DNA of 64,000 nt, from positions 22,169-86,168 of the forward strand of contig CAWKAG010000032.1 in NCBI GenBank assembly GCA_963847455.1, in the 5' to 3' direction. How positions within the stretch are numbered: position 1 is the first letter of the stretch; every line of letters begins with the position of its first letter. The DNA is from an uncultured Acidimicrobiia bacterium. Lineage in GTDB: Bacteria; Actinomycetota; Acidimicrobiia; Spongiisociales; JAENVV01. Below, one piece after another: positions 8,457 through 17,341 of the stretch. A program made the translations under genes and the position numbers. The notes beneath the pieces are model-generated. The model had not been told where the DNA came from and made no database searches. It was given only the letters and a program-made list of their open reading frames with translations.

Positions 8457-8899
8457 CAGGAACCTTTCTGGACGGTCCACCCGCGGCGGATCAATTCTTC
8501 GGCGAGAGCTTCGTCCATGTAGCGCTCAAGTTCGGGTCCCCAAACTATCGCTTCGGGTTCGCTCTTGTGGTCAAGGATCTCGATAACCCGGTCACGCAGC
8601 GTTCGCGCCCACGCTTTGCCTTTGGCGGTGGCGTGCAACGAGAGCGTCCCGTCACCGTTGGTCTGGTAGACGTGCGCCTCGATCTGCGGGTTGTCGGCCC
8701 GGCCCTTCTCGCCGTAGATGAGTAACACGGAGCCCAACGGAACGTCCTGGATCCCACCAGTCGCGACGAAGTCTCCTTCGAACGCCCAGCCCCCTTGCTT
8801 GGACGGGTCAACGAAGTCGACCACCTTCGCCCAGTTCTTTCGACGCTCATCGCCAAGGAGCGGCACGTCGACTCCAATCATTATTTGCGGTGTATCCAT
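8456..8899 (-). CDS. hypothetical protein (147 aa), translationally coupled to qor
   Basis: Clean ORF with coding-like composition. Its stop overlaps the qor start by 4 nt. No family recognised. Confidence 0.6.
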   Translation of the reverse strand: MDTPQIMIGVDVPLLGDERRKNWAKVVDFVDPSKQGGWAFEGDFVATGGIQDVPLGSVLLIYGEKGRADNPQIEAHVYQTNGDGTLSLHATAKGKAWARTLRDRVIEILDHKSEPEAIVWGPELERYMDEALAEELIRRGWTVQKGS

Positions 8900-8935
8900 C
8901 GGTTCATCGTAGGCGTACCGTTATCGTGGTTCCAG

Positions 8936-9700
8936 ATGGCTGTGCAACTGTTTGTTACCTGTCTTGTCAATTCCTTCTTTCCTGAAGTGGGAGAGGCAAC
9001 CGTCGACGTTCTCGAGATGGTCGGGCAAACCGTTGAGTTTCCTGCCGACCAAACCTGTTGCGGGCAACCCGCATTCAATGTCGGACTCCGAGACGAGGCC
9101 CGAAAGATGGCGGCCCATACGCTCGACGTGCTTGACGCGACCGAAGGTCCCATCGTGCTGCCGTCGGGGTCGTGTGCCGACATGATCGTGCACCACATCC
9201 CGGAGCTGATGGCCGACGACCCGGACCGGTTGGCTCAGGCCGAACGAGTTTCAGAACGGACCAGGGAGCTGTCGCAGTTCCTGGTGGATGATCTTGGTGC
9301 CGAGACTGTCGGCCCCGGATGCGGAGAGTGCTCGGTTGCCTACCACCCCTCCTGTCATGGACTGCGCAACCTCAATCTTCGGTCCCAGGCGGAGGGCCTT
9401 CTCGATCAAGCTCCTGGCGTGGACCGGGTTGAGCTCCCGGACGCTGAGAACTGCTGCGGATTCGGTGGGCTGTTTTCGGTTGACATGCCGGATGTATCGG
9501 TGGCCATGATGGAAACGAAGCTCAAGAATGTGGAGTTGTCTGGCGCCGAAGTACTCGTCGGTGGTGATGTCAGCTGTCTCATGCACCTCGGGGGCGGTTT
9601 GCATCGACGTAATTCGCCGATCGTCGTGAAACACTTTGCGGAGATCCTGGCCGGACACCTCGAACGCGCCGGACACGTCGAAAGCAATCATGGCGCCTGA
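8936..9700 (+). CDS. lutA: lactate utilization protein A, (Fe-S)-binding CCG-domain oxidoreductase
   Basis: MAVQLFVTCLVN...DQTCCGQP and a second CCG motif, ENCCGFGG. Confidence 0.85.
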   Translation: MAVQLFVTCLVNSFFPEVGEATVDVLEMVGQTVEFPADQTCCGQPAFNVGLRDEARKMAAHTLDVLDATEGPIVLPSGSCADMIVHHIPELMADDPDRLAQAERVSERTRELSQFLVDDLGAETVGPGCGECSVAYHPSCHGLRNLNLRSQAEGLLDQAPGVDRVELPDAENCCGFGGLFSVDMPDVSVAMMETKLKNVELSGAEVLVGGDVSCLMHLGGGLHRRNSPIVVKHFAEILAGHLERAGHVESNHGA

Positions 9701-11093
9701 ACCGGTCACGTTTCTCGGGCGAGCCAAACGAGACCGGGCCTCGGGGGTGGTTGCCCCGGTTAGCGAAGCCGCCCGCCGCATGTCGTCCTACCGGGTCAAC
9801 GCCTCGAACGATTTCCCACTCATGGAGGAAATGCGAGACCGGGCCAGGGAGGTACGCCTTCACACGTTGGCAAATCTCGACCGATACTTGGCGCAGTTCG
9901 CCTCGCAGGTGGAAGCCAACGGCGGCCACGTGCATTGGGCGGCGGATGGTGACGAAGCCAATGCCATCATCACCGAACTCGCCAAGGCTCACGGGGTGCG
10001 GTCGGTGGTCAAGTCAAAGTCGATGGTCACCGAGGAAATCGAACTGAACGAAGCCCTCGAACATGCCGGAGTGTCCGTGGTTGAGTCGGACCTTGGCGAG
10101 TTCATCGTGCAACTGAGCAACGACAAACCGTCGCACATCATCGCCCCCGTTCTCCACAAGACTCGATACGACATTGGTGAGCTTTTCGCTGAGAAGCTCG
10201 ATGCGCCGTACACGACCGATCCTTCCCAGCTGACCGAAATCGCCCGGTCGCACCTGCGGCGCGAATTTCTCACGGCCGATATGGGGATTTCTGGCTGCAA
10301 CATGGGGATCGCCGACAGCGGAACCGTCGTGCTCGTCACCAATGAAGGCAACGGACGATTGACCACCACCGCCCCCCGGATTCATGTAACGGTCATGGGG
10401 ATGGAACGAATTGTCCCAACCTTCGCCGATGCTTCGGCGGTACTCGAAGTTCTGGCCAGGGCCGGTACCGGTCAGCGACTGTCCGTGTATACAAATCTGG
10501 TCTCGGGGCCTCGACGGCCTGGCGATCCTGACGGGCCCGAGGCGTTCCATGTCGTGATCCTTGACAACGGCCGCTCGCGAACGCTGAGTGGGTCAGAGGC
10601 TGAGATTCTGGCGTGTATCCGTTGTGGTGCCTGCCTGAACATCTGCCCCGTGTACCGCGAGGTGGGGGGACATGCCTACGGATTCACCTACCCGGGACCG
10701 ATCGGTGCAGTGGTGACGCCGGCGCTCAAGGGGTTGGATGACTGGCACGAATTGCCGTATGCCTCGACGTTGTGTGGGGCGTGCGTTGAAGCCTGCCCGG
10801 TCCGGATCGATATCCCGAAGATGTTGCTGATGTTACGGTCAAAGGCGGTCGACGACGGCCACCTGCCGGGATGGTTGACGTTTGCGGTTGGCAGGTACGC
10901 GTCAGCGGCGACCCATCCCCGCCAGTTCCGCATGCTGCTCAAAGCAGGTGGCGTGGTCGGTTCGATGATGGCCAAGGACGGTTGGATCACCAAAGCGCCA
11001 TCGCACGGGGCGAACTGGACCGGAGCCCGAGACCTGCCCCAACCGGCCAAAGTACCGTTTCATGCACGATGGAAGAAGCGCCATGGATCGTAA
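9690..11093 (+). CDS. lutB: lactate utilization protein B, 4Fe-4S iron-sulfur protein with LUD domain
   Basis: CIRCGACLNICPVY and CGACVEACPV ferredoxin motifs. The start overlaps lutA by 11 nt. Confidence 0.9.
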   Translation: MAPEPVTFLGRAKRDRASGVVAPVSEAARRMSSYRVNASNDFPLMEEMRDRAREVRLHTLANLDRYLAQFASQVEANGGHVHWAADGDEANAIITELAKAHGVRSVVKSKSMVTEEIELNEALEHAGVSVVESDLGEFIVQLSNDKPSHIIAPVLHKTRYDIGELFAEKLDAPYTTDPSQLTEIARSHLRREFLTADMGISGCNMGIADSGTVVLVTNEGNGRLTTTAPRIHVTVMGMERIVPTFADASAVLEVLARAGTGQRLSVYTNLVSGPRRPGDPDGPEAFHVVILDNGRSRTLSGSEAEILACIRCGACLNICPVYREVGGHAYGFTYPGPIGAVVTPALKGLDDWHELPYASTLCGACVEACPVRIDIPKMLLMLRSKAVDDGHLPGWLTFAVGRYASAATHPRQFRMLLKAGGVVGSMMAKDGWITKAPSHGANWTGARDLPQPAKVPFHARWKKRHGS

Positions 11094-11751
11094 GGATTTT
11101 CTGGATCGGGTCCGGCAAGCGACTGCCACAGCCGACCTGCCGCCCATCCGCCAGGAGGCACCGGGAGCACTCGTAGGTGACTCGTCGACGGGGGATCTTG
11201 TTGGACGGTTTGTGGAGCGAGCCACCGAAGTCAACGCTGACGTCCGTTTGGTCTCTGCCGATGGCGCACTCGAGCAGGTCGTCGCGATCATGGAACAGTA
11301 CAAAACCGATGAGTATCTCGGTTGGCCGGACAGCCAGATGCCCATCCCGGGCATCGGAGCGGGGCTGATTGCCAGAGGATTCACTCCGAGACCGTCGGAG
11401 GTCCCCTCGGAGAATCGGCTACTGCATCAGACGGCCTATTACGACCTGCGGGTCGGTGTTACCGGCGCCGACGGCGGACTAGCCGAGTCCGGGTCGATCG
11501 TCTTGACGCATGGCGCGGACCGATCCCGGATGGCCTCGTTGATACCGGATGCCCACATCGCGCTGTTGCCGGCTTCAGCGATCGTCGAATCGCTTTCGCA
11601 CTGGGCGGCTTTGAAGCCCGAATCCGTGACCCGTTCGGTGAACCTGGTTGTCATCACCGGGCCGTCGCGCACGGGCGACATTGAAATGCATTTGACCCAA
11701 GGCGTTCACGGTCCCCGGCACGTGCACATTCTCGTCATCGAGGACCGGTAG
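11083..11751 (+). CDS. lutC: lactate utilization protein C (LUD domain)
   Basis: Third gene of the lutABC arrangement, with an 11-nt overlap on lutB. C-terminal ITGPSRTGDIE motif. Confidence 0.8.
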   Translation: MDRKDFLDRVRQATATADLPPIRQEAPGALVGDSSTGDLVGRFVERATEVNADVRLVSADGALEQVVAIMEQYKTDEYLGWPDSQMPIPGIGAGLIARGFTPRPSEVPSENRLLHQTAYYDLRVGVTGADGGLAESGSIVLTHGADRSRMASLIPDAHIALLPASAIVESLSHWAALKPESVTRSVNLVVITGPSRTGDIEMHLTQGVHGPRHVHILVIEDR

Positions 11752-11802
11752 CGCCCGCAACCGGGGTTACACGCGCCCTTTGGCGTATAGGCTCACTTCC
11801 CA

Positions 11803-13029
11803 ATGTCGGCTGCGTCTCCAATTCGAACCAGAGAACTGGTCGGGATGATGTCCATGGTGATGGCGCTTTCCGCGATGGCCATCGATTTCATGACCCCGGC
11901 GTTCGGAGAGATTCGGACTCATTTTCAGATGGGTTCGGAATCGACGGCGGCCGCGCAGATCATCACCGTTTTCTTCCTCGGCGAGGTCGCCCAGGTGGTC
12001 TATGGTCCGCTGTCGGATCGATACGGGCGGCTTCCGATACTTCGCCTCGGTTTCGCTGTCTATGTTGCCGGGTCTATCGCTTCGGCGCTTGCTCCGACGT
12101 TCGCGTTCATGTTGGTTGCCCGATTTGTGTGGGGTCTCGGCGCCGCCGCCCTCCAGGTGTCAGCGAGTTCGATAATCCGAGACCGATTTAGAGGCGACGA
12201 GATGGCCCGGGTTATGTCGCTCATCATGGCGATATTCCTGATCGTTCCGGTATTTGCGCCGTTGGGCGGAGCGGCGCTGCTCGCCGCGTCTTCCTGGCAG
12301 GTGGTGTTTGCGTTCCCTGCGGTTCTGGCTGTCATCGTATTCGGCTGGTCGTTGCGCCTCCCCGAGAGCCGTCCCGAATCCAACATCGTTGCCATGAATC
12401 TGTCGGCTATCGGGCGGGCGGCCAGGTATGTGGTCAGCAACCGCGTGACGCGCCGCTACACGCTGGGAGCCATGATGCTCTTCGCGGCGTTCAGCACGTT
12501 CTTAAGCAGCTTTGAGCGGGTCATCGGGGAACTGTATGGTCGGCCGGGACTCTTTCCGATCGCCTTCGGGCTCATGACCGCGGTGGCAGCTGTGGTGATG
12601 CTCGGCAACCGTCGATTGGTCAACAGCGTTGGAGCGAAGCGGTCTTCGGTCGTGATGCTGACCATCAATCTCACAGTGGCTGGCCTTTTTTTGGTCGGTT
12701 CGGCAACCAGCCAGGGCATCCCGTCGCTGGGTGCGACCCTGGGGCTGCTAACCATCATCCTGGCGGTGAATACTGCCACTTCGGTCAATTTCGGCTCGCT
12801 GGCGCTCGAGCCGATGGGGGAGCAAGCGGGCATGGCAGCGGCGTTTTACGGGTCGTTCTACGTCGGAGGCGGTGCTGCGCTTGGTTGGTTGATCGACCGT
12901 CAGCTGAGCGTCAGTTTGACCCCGTGGGCGATCGCCCTGCTCGTGAGCGCCGCCGGTGCGTTGATCCTGATGCCGTCGCCTCGTTCACGTGGAGGCCGAG
13001 CGCCCGGTCGAGGTCTGAACACGGTCTGA
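11803..13029 (+). CDS. MFS transporter, Bcr/CflA (DHA1) type
   Basis: About 12 predicted TM helices and the GPLSDRYGRLP signature between TM2 and TM3. Confidence 0.85.
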   Translation: MSAASPIRTRELVGMMSMVMALSAMAIDFMTPAFGEIRTHFQMGSESTAAAQIITVFFLGEVAQVVYGPLSDRYGRLPILRLGFAVYVAGSIASALAPTFAFMLVARFVWGLGAAALQVSASSIIRDRFRGDEMARVMSLIMAIFLIVPVFAPLGGAALLAASSWQVVFAFPAVLAVIVFGWSLRLPESRPESNIVAMNLSAIGRAARYVVSNRVTRRYTLGAMMLFAAFSTFLSSFERVIGELYGRPGLFPIAFGLMTAVAAVVMLGNRRLVNSVGAKRSSVVMLTINLTVAGLFLVGSATSQGIPSLGATLGLLTIILAVNTATSVNFGSLALEPMGEQAGMAAAFYGSFYVGGGAALGWLIDRQLSVSLTPWAIALLVSAAGALILMPSPRSRGGRAPGRGLNTV

Positions 13030-13051
13030 TCCAGTTGTGATCGCCGGTCGA

Positions 13052-14041
13052 TCAATGGATGGGTTGGTGGTCGTCCGAGAAGGTGACGCCGTTTTTTACG
13101 TTCCGTCGGTGGCTGAACCAGATGGCTCCCACCAGCAGAACCATGATGACCCCTAGTGAGTAGACCGTGTCCATGTGATACCACGTCGATACAGCCATCT
13201 TGACGCCGACGAAGATCAGGATTCCGCCCAGGGCGTGCGAGAGATAGTGGAATCGCTGTTTGGCGTTGGCGAGCAGGAAGTACATGGCCCGCAAGCCGAG
13301 GATGGCGAAGGCGTTACTGGCGAATACCAGATAGGGCTCGTTCGAAACGGCCAGGATGGCTGGCACCGAATCCACGGCAAAGATGACGTCGGTCACTTCG
13401 ACTACCACCAAGGCGGCGAACAGTGGAGTGGCGGCCCGCTTCGCGTTGATCCGTGTGAAGAACTTGTGGCCGTCGAACTCGTCGCTGACCGGCATTATCC
13501 GCTTCAGCAGACCGAGCCCCCTGCTCGCTTCCTTTTCTCCTTCGTCGTCGCGGTGGCGGATCACTTTGAAGCCGGTGTACACGAGGAAGAGACCGAACAA
13601 CAGCAGGATCCACGAGAACCGGCCGATCAGGGCGGTCCCCGCAAGGATGAAAATCGCTCGCAGAACGAGCGCCCCGAAGATTCCCCAGAACAAAACACGG
13701 TGCTGATACTTGAGCGGGATCGACATCGATGTGAAGAGCATCGACCAGACGAACACGTTGTCGACGCTGAGCGACTTTTCGATCAAGTACCCGCTCAGGT
13801 ACTCGCCGAGCGCCGGTGCGCCAAACGCCAGACCTATGACGGCACCGAACGACAGGCCAAGGGCCACCCAGGCGATTGACTCTCGGAGGGCCTCTTTGGG
13901 ACTTGGCTCGTGGTTGTCACGGTGGCGGTATAAGTCGATGGCCAGCATCAAAGAAATGACCAGTATCAGGGCCACCCACGCCCAGGGTGACACGTCGAGC
14001 GATACGAATCGCTCCCGGGTTTCTTCAACTGCAAGATTCAT
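13052..14041 (-). CDS. TerC/Alx family integral membrane protein
   Basis: KSLSVDNVFVW and VTDVIFAVDSVPAILAVS motifs. ATG at 14041 chosen within the longer ORF. Confidence 0.85.
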   Translation of the reverse strand: MNLAVEETRERFVSLDVSPWAWVALILVISLMLAIDLYRHRDNHEPSPKEALRESIAWVALGLSFGAVIGLAFGAPALGEYLSGYLIEKSLSVDNVFVWSMLFTSMSIPLKYQHRVLFWGIFGALVLRAIFILAGTALIGRFSWILLLFGLFLVYTGFKVIRHRDDEGEKEASRGLGLLKRIMPVSDEFDGHKFFTRINAKRAATPLFAALVVVEVTDVIFAVDSVPAILAVSNEPYLVFASNAFAILGLRAMYFLLANAKQRFHYLSHALGGILIFVGVKMAVSTWYHMDTVYSLGVIMVLLVGAIWFSHRRNVKNGVTFSDDHQPIH

Positions 14042-14084
14042 GAAGGGCTCCGTGTCGTCGATTTGAAGTGACCTGGTCACCTCA

Positions 14085-14180
14085 ACACCGAAGGTCTCTC
14101 CGCCACTCTCGGGCTGACACACCGGACCGGGAACGGTCGTGCTGACGGCGGGTCACATCGGGATACTCCCCTTCAGGCGT
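14085..14180 (-). promoter_or_regulatory. probable yybP-ykoY (Mn2+) riboswitch in the terC leader
   Basis: The minus strand reads GAAGGGGAGUAUCCCG ... GGAGAGACCUUCGG. GAAGG can pair with CCUUC, as in the GGGGAGUAG ... AGACCUUU core of the L. lactis element. TerC/Alx genes are a classic context for this riboswitch. Confidence 0.5.
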
Positions 14181-14272
14181 GATTGTAGCCGTTCATTGAT
14201 CTACAACGGAGCGAAAAAGGAGTTCCGCCAGCGGCCGCAGAGAAGCGCCCGTGCCGTGACAAACGGTGCGAT

Positions 14273-15406
14273 CTAGGTGGATCCGAGTGCCCGGTCGAGG
14301 TCTGAGATCAAGTCGTCGACATGCTCGATTCCAACGCTGAGACGCACCAGGTCTTCCGGTACCTCCAGGGCAGTTCCAACTACGGACATGTGGGTCATGG
14401 CGGCAGGAACTTCAATGAGGGATTCAACGCCGCCGAGGCTTTCAGCGAGGAAAAAGAGCTCCGTGTTCATCGTCACCGCTGCCGCTTTCTCAGGGCCACC
14501 TTTCGGAATGAATGAGACCATGCCGCCGAAATTCTTCATCTGGCGGGAGGCCAATCCGTGATGGGGGTGGGAAGCCAGACCTGGATAGATGACCTGTCCG
14601 ACCCGATCGTCGGCTTCGAGGAATCGGGCGACCATGAGGGCGTTGAACGAATGGCGGTCCATCCGAACCCCGAGGGTCTTTACGCCCCTGAGTACCAGGT
14701 AGGCATCGAACGGTCCGGCGATCGGTCCGGTGGCGTTCTCCAGAAAACGGAGACCGTCGAGGACGTCAGCGTCAGCGGCGACGATGGCTCCTCCGACAAC
14801 GTCTGAATGTCCACCCATATATTTGGTGGTCGAATGGAGCACCAAATCAGCTCCCAGAGCGATCGGCTGCTGCAGGTACGGGGTCGCGAACGTGTTGTCC
14901 ACGACCAGCGCGGCACCTGCTTCGTGGGTTACCTCACTCAATGCCGAAATGTCGCTGATCCTCAGTAGCGGGTTCGTTGGTGTCTCGGTCCAGACGATCT
15001 CTGTGTTGGGGCGGATTGCCTTCTTGAGGCCGTCCGTGGTTGTGAGATCTGCGGCTGTGAACTCGACGCCGTGCCTTGACAGGACTTTCGCGAAGAAGCG
15101 GTAGGTGCCTCCGTAGGCATCGTCGGGCAGGACTACATGATCGCCTGGCTTCAACGACCAGCCGATGAGCGAGGTGGCGGCCATGCCGGAAGCGGTGACA
15201 ATCGTCCCGGCGCCGCCCTCGAGGGAAGTAAGTGCCTCGGCGAGGGCGTGACGGGTGGGGTTGTCCGTCCTCGAATACTCGTACCCGGCATGTTTGCCGG
15301 GCGCCATTTGAGCGTAGGTCGACGTTGCATAAATGGGTACGGTCACGGCGCCGGTAGTTGGTTCGGGATCCTGCCCGGCGTGGATCGCTCGTGTCTCGAA
15401 TTCCAT
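14273..15406 (-). CDS. metB: cystathionine gamma-synthase/gamma-lyase family PLP enzyme
   Basis: FETRAIHAG, and HSTTKYMGGHSDV containing the PLP lysine. ATG at 15406 is preceded by AGGAG. Confidence 0.85.
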   Translation of the reverse strand: MEFETRAIHAGQDPEPTTGAVTVPIYATSTYAQMAPGKHAGYEYSRTDNPTRHALAEALTSLEGGAGTIVTASGMAATSLIGWSLKPGDHVVLPDDAYGGTYRFFAKVLSRHGVEFTAADLTTTDGLKKAIRPNTEIVWTETPTNPLLRISDISALSEVTHEAGAALVVDNTFATPYLQQPIALGADLVLHSTTKYMGGHSDVVGGAIVAADADVLDGLRFLENATGPIAGPFDAYLVLRGVKTLGVRMDRHSFNALMVARFLEADDRVGQVIYPGLASHPHHGLASRQMKNFGGMVSFIPKGGPEKAAAVTMNTELFFLAESLGGVESLIEVPAAMTHMSVVGTALEVPEDLVRLSVGIEHVDDLISDLDRALGST

Positions 15407-15414
15407 GTTGGCTC

Positions 15415-16371
15415 CTAGTCGGCGATAAATCCGTTGGCCTTTAGCCACTCGTCGTTGAATACCTTCGACAGATACCCTTTGCCGGAATCGGGAAGCACGA
15501 CGACCACCAGGCGGTCAGGATGATCAGTGGCGACCAGGGCGGCGGCGTGAAGTGCCATTCCTCCAGACCCACCGGTCAGTATCCCTTCCTGACGAGCCAA
15601 CTGGCGAGCCGCCGTGAATGACTCCTGATCCGTGACTTTGACGAACTTGTCAATAACCGATGTGTCGATTGTCTCTGGCCAGAAGTCCTCGCCGACCCCC
15701 TCGACCCGATATTGATGGATGTCTTGGGGTCGGTCCGCCGAATAGATCGAGCCTTCCGGATCGGCTCCGACGATGAGGATGCCGGGGTTTCGTTCTTTGA
15801 GGTATCGACCGATGCCCGTGCAGGTTCCGCCGGTTCCCGCCCCGGCTACAACCGCGCCGACCGTGCCATCGGTCTGCTGCCAGATCTCGGGACCGGTTGC
15901 GTCATAGTGGGCGGCCGGGTTGGCCGGATTTACGTACTGATTGGGGTGGTAAGCGCCGTCGATCTCGGCAGCTAACCGACGAGCTACGCCGTAATAAGAG
16001 TCGGAATCTTCGGGGAGCAGGTCCGTCGGGGTTTCAATGACTTCAACTCCGTAGGCCCGAAGCAGGTCCTGTTTTTCCTGTGACACCTTGTCGGGCACCG
16101 TGCAGATCACCCGGTAGCCACGCACCGCCCCTACCAACGCCAGACCGACACCGGTGTTCCCTGAAGTCGGTTCAACGATGGTGCCGCCTGGCTTAAGGAG
16201 TCCGGCGGCCTCGGCGGCGTCAATCATGGACACGGCAATGCGCTCTTTGATGGAGCCTCCCGGGTTCATGAATTCGAGCTTGGCCACCAGGTTGCCGGCC
16301 GGGTGATAGTTGTTCAGGCGCACCAATGGGGTGTCGCCGATCGCCGTGAGAACGTTTTCGCGGATTTGCAC
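15415..16371 (-). CDS. cysteine synthase/cystathionine beta-synthase family PLP enzyme (no CBS-pair domain)
   Basis: NPGGSIKERI (PLP lysine), TSGNTGVGLA, GTGGTCTGIG. At 318 aa it lacks a C-terminal regulatory domain. Confidence 0.85.
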   Translation of the reverse strand: MQIRENVLTAIGDTPLVRLNNYHPAGNLVAKLEFMNPGGSIKERIAVSMIDAAEAAGLLKPGGTIVEPTSGNTGVGLALVGAVRGYRVICTVPDKVSQEKQDLLRAYGVEVIETPTDLLPEDSDSYYGVARRLAAEIDGAYHPNQYVNPANPAAHYDATGPEIWQQTDGTVGAVVAGAGTGGTCTGIGRYLKERNPGILIVGADPEGSIYSADRPQDIHQYRVEGVGEDFWPETIDTSVIDKFVKVTDQESFTAARQLARQEGILTGGSGGMALHAAALVATDHPDRLVVVVLPDSGKGYLSKVFNDEWLKANGFIAD

Positions 16372-16428
16372 GCCGCCATCTTACGTGCCGGCGGCCAGAA
16401 GGGTTTCCAGAGGGGTTAGCCTTGGCAC

Positions 16429-17322
16429 ATGCTCAGTCGATTCGCCTGGGGCGTACTGGTCTTGAATGTGTTCGTGATCCTGCTCGGAGCAGTGGTTCGG
16501 GCGACCGGTTCAGGTGCCGGGTGTGGAGCGAACTGGCCTACTTGCGAGGGTCAGGTGATCCCGACCGATGCAGCCACGGCAACCTGGATTGAGTTTTCGC
16601 ACCGAGCCACGTCCGGGGTGGCATTGTTGGCGGTCATCGCCTTGGTCGTCTGGGTGTTTCGTGCCACCGGGCGAGGCGAGCTCATTCGAAAGGCAGCTGG
16701 CTGGTCCCTCGTGGCCATCATTTCGGAAGCGGCGATTGGGGCGGTCATCGTTCTGTTCGAGTGGGTGGCCGATGATTCCTCGCTGGCTCGACTCGTGGCG
16801 GTGCCGCTGCATCTCGTGAACACGTTCGTTTTGCTGGCTTCCCTGACCGTTACCGCATGGTGGGTTGAGCATCGACCGGTTGAGGCTCCCAAGCCGCCAA
16901 CGTCCTACAAATGGGCCGGGGTCGGGTTACTGGTAATTGCCGCCACTGGTTCGGTGACTGCGCTCGCCGACACGCTCTTCCCTGCCACCTCGCTGATGGA
17001 CGGTATTGCGCAGGATCTCGCCGGCGCGGGCAACGTGCTGACACAGGTACGGGTGATCCACCCGGTGGTTGCCACGCTGATCGGCGCTTATGTGGGCTTC
17101 CTGGGTTTGACCAGAGCCCGGCCAGGTCGGCATCAAAAGATCGGCGTAGTGCTTGCCTCAATCGTCGGTGCTCAGGTCTTTGCCGGCATTGCGAACATCG
17201 TGCTGTTGACCCCATTATGGATGCAGCTTCTCCACCTGGCCCTGGCGGATGGCCTGTGGATCATGTTCATCTTGTTTGTGGTGGAAGCTTCGATATCGGA
17301 CCGCCAGGTCGCTCCCGTTTAA
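16429..17322 (+). CDS. ctaA: heme A synthase (COX15/CtaA)
   Basis: Multi-pass membrane protein with a CGANWPTCEG cysteine pair and conserved histidines (FSHR, PLHLVN, IHPV, LLHLA). Confidence 0.85.
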   Translation: MLSRFAWGVLVLNVFVILLGAVVRATGSGAGCGANWPTCEGQVIPTDAATATWIEFSHRATSGVALLAVIALVVWVFRATGRGELIRKAAGWSLVAIISEAAIGAVIVLFEWVADDSSLARLVAVPLHLVNTFVLLASLTVTAWWVEHRPVEAPKPPTSYKWAGVGLLVIAATGSVTALADTLFPATSLMDGIAQDLAGAGNVLTQVRVIHPVVATLIGAYVGFLGLTRARPGRHQKIGVVLASIVGAQVFAGIANIVLLTPLWMQLLHLALADGLWIMFILFVVEASISDRQVAPV

Positions 17323-17341
17323 TAGTTAAAGGGAACCCGAC

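Noticed and set aside
15415-16428. SAM or other sulfur-metabolism riboswitch upstream of the cbs/metB pair.
   Set aside because: Only 57 nt separate the cbs-like start from the divergent ctaA start, which is too short for a riboswitch, and no conserved aptamer motifs were seen.
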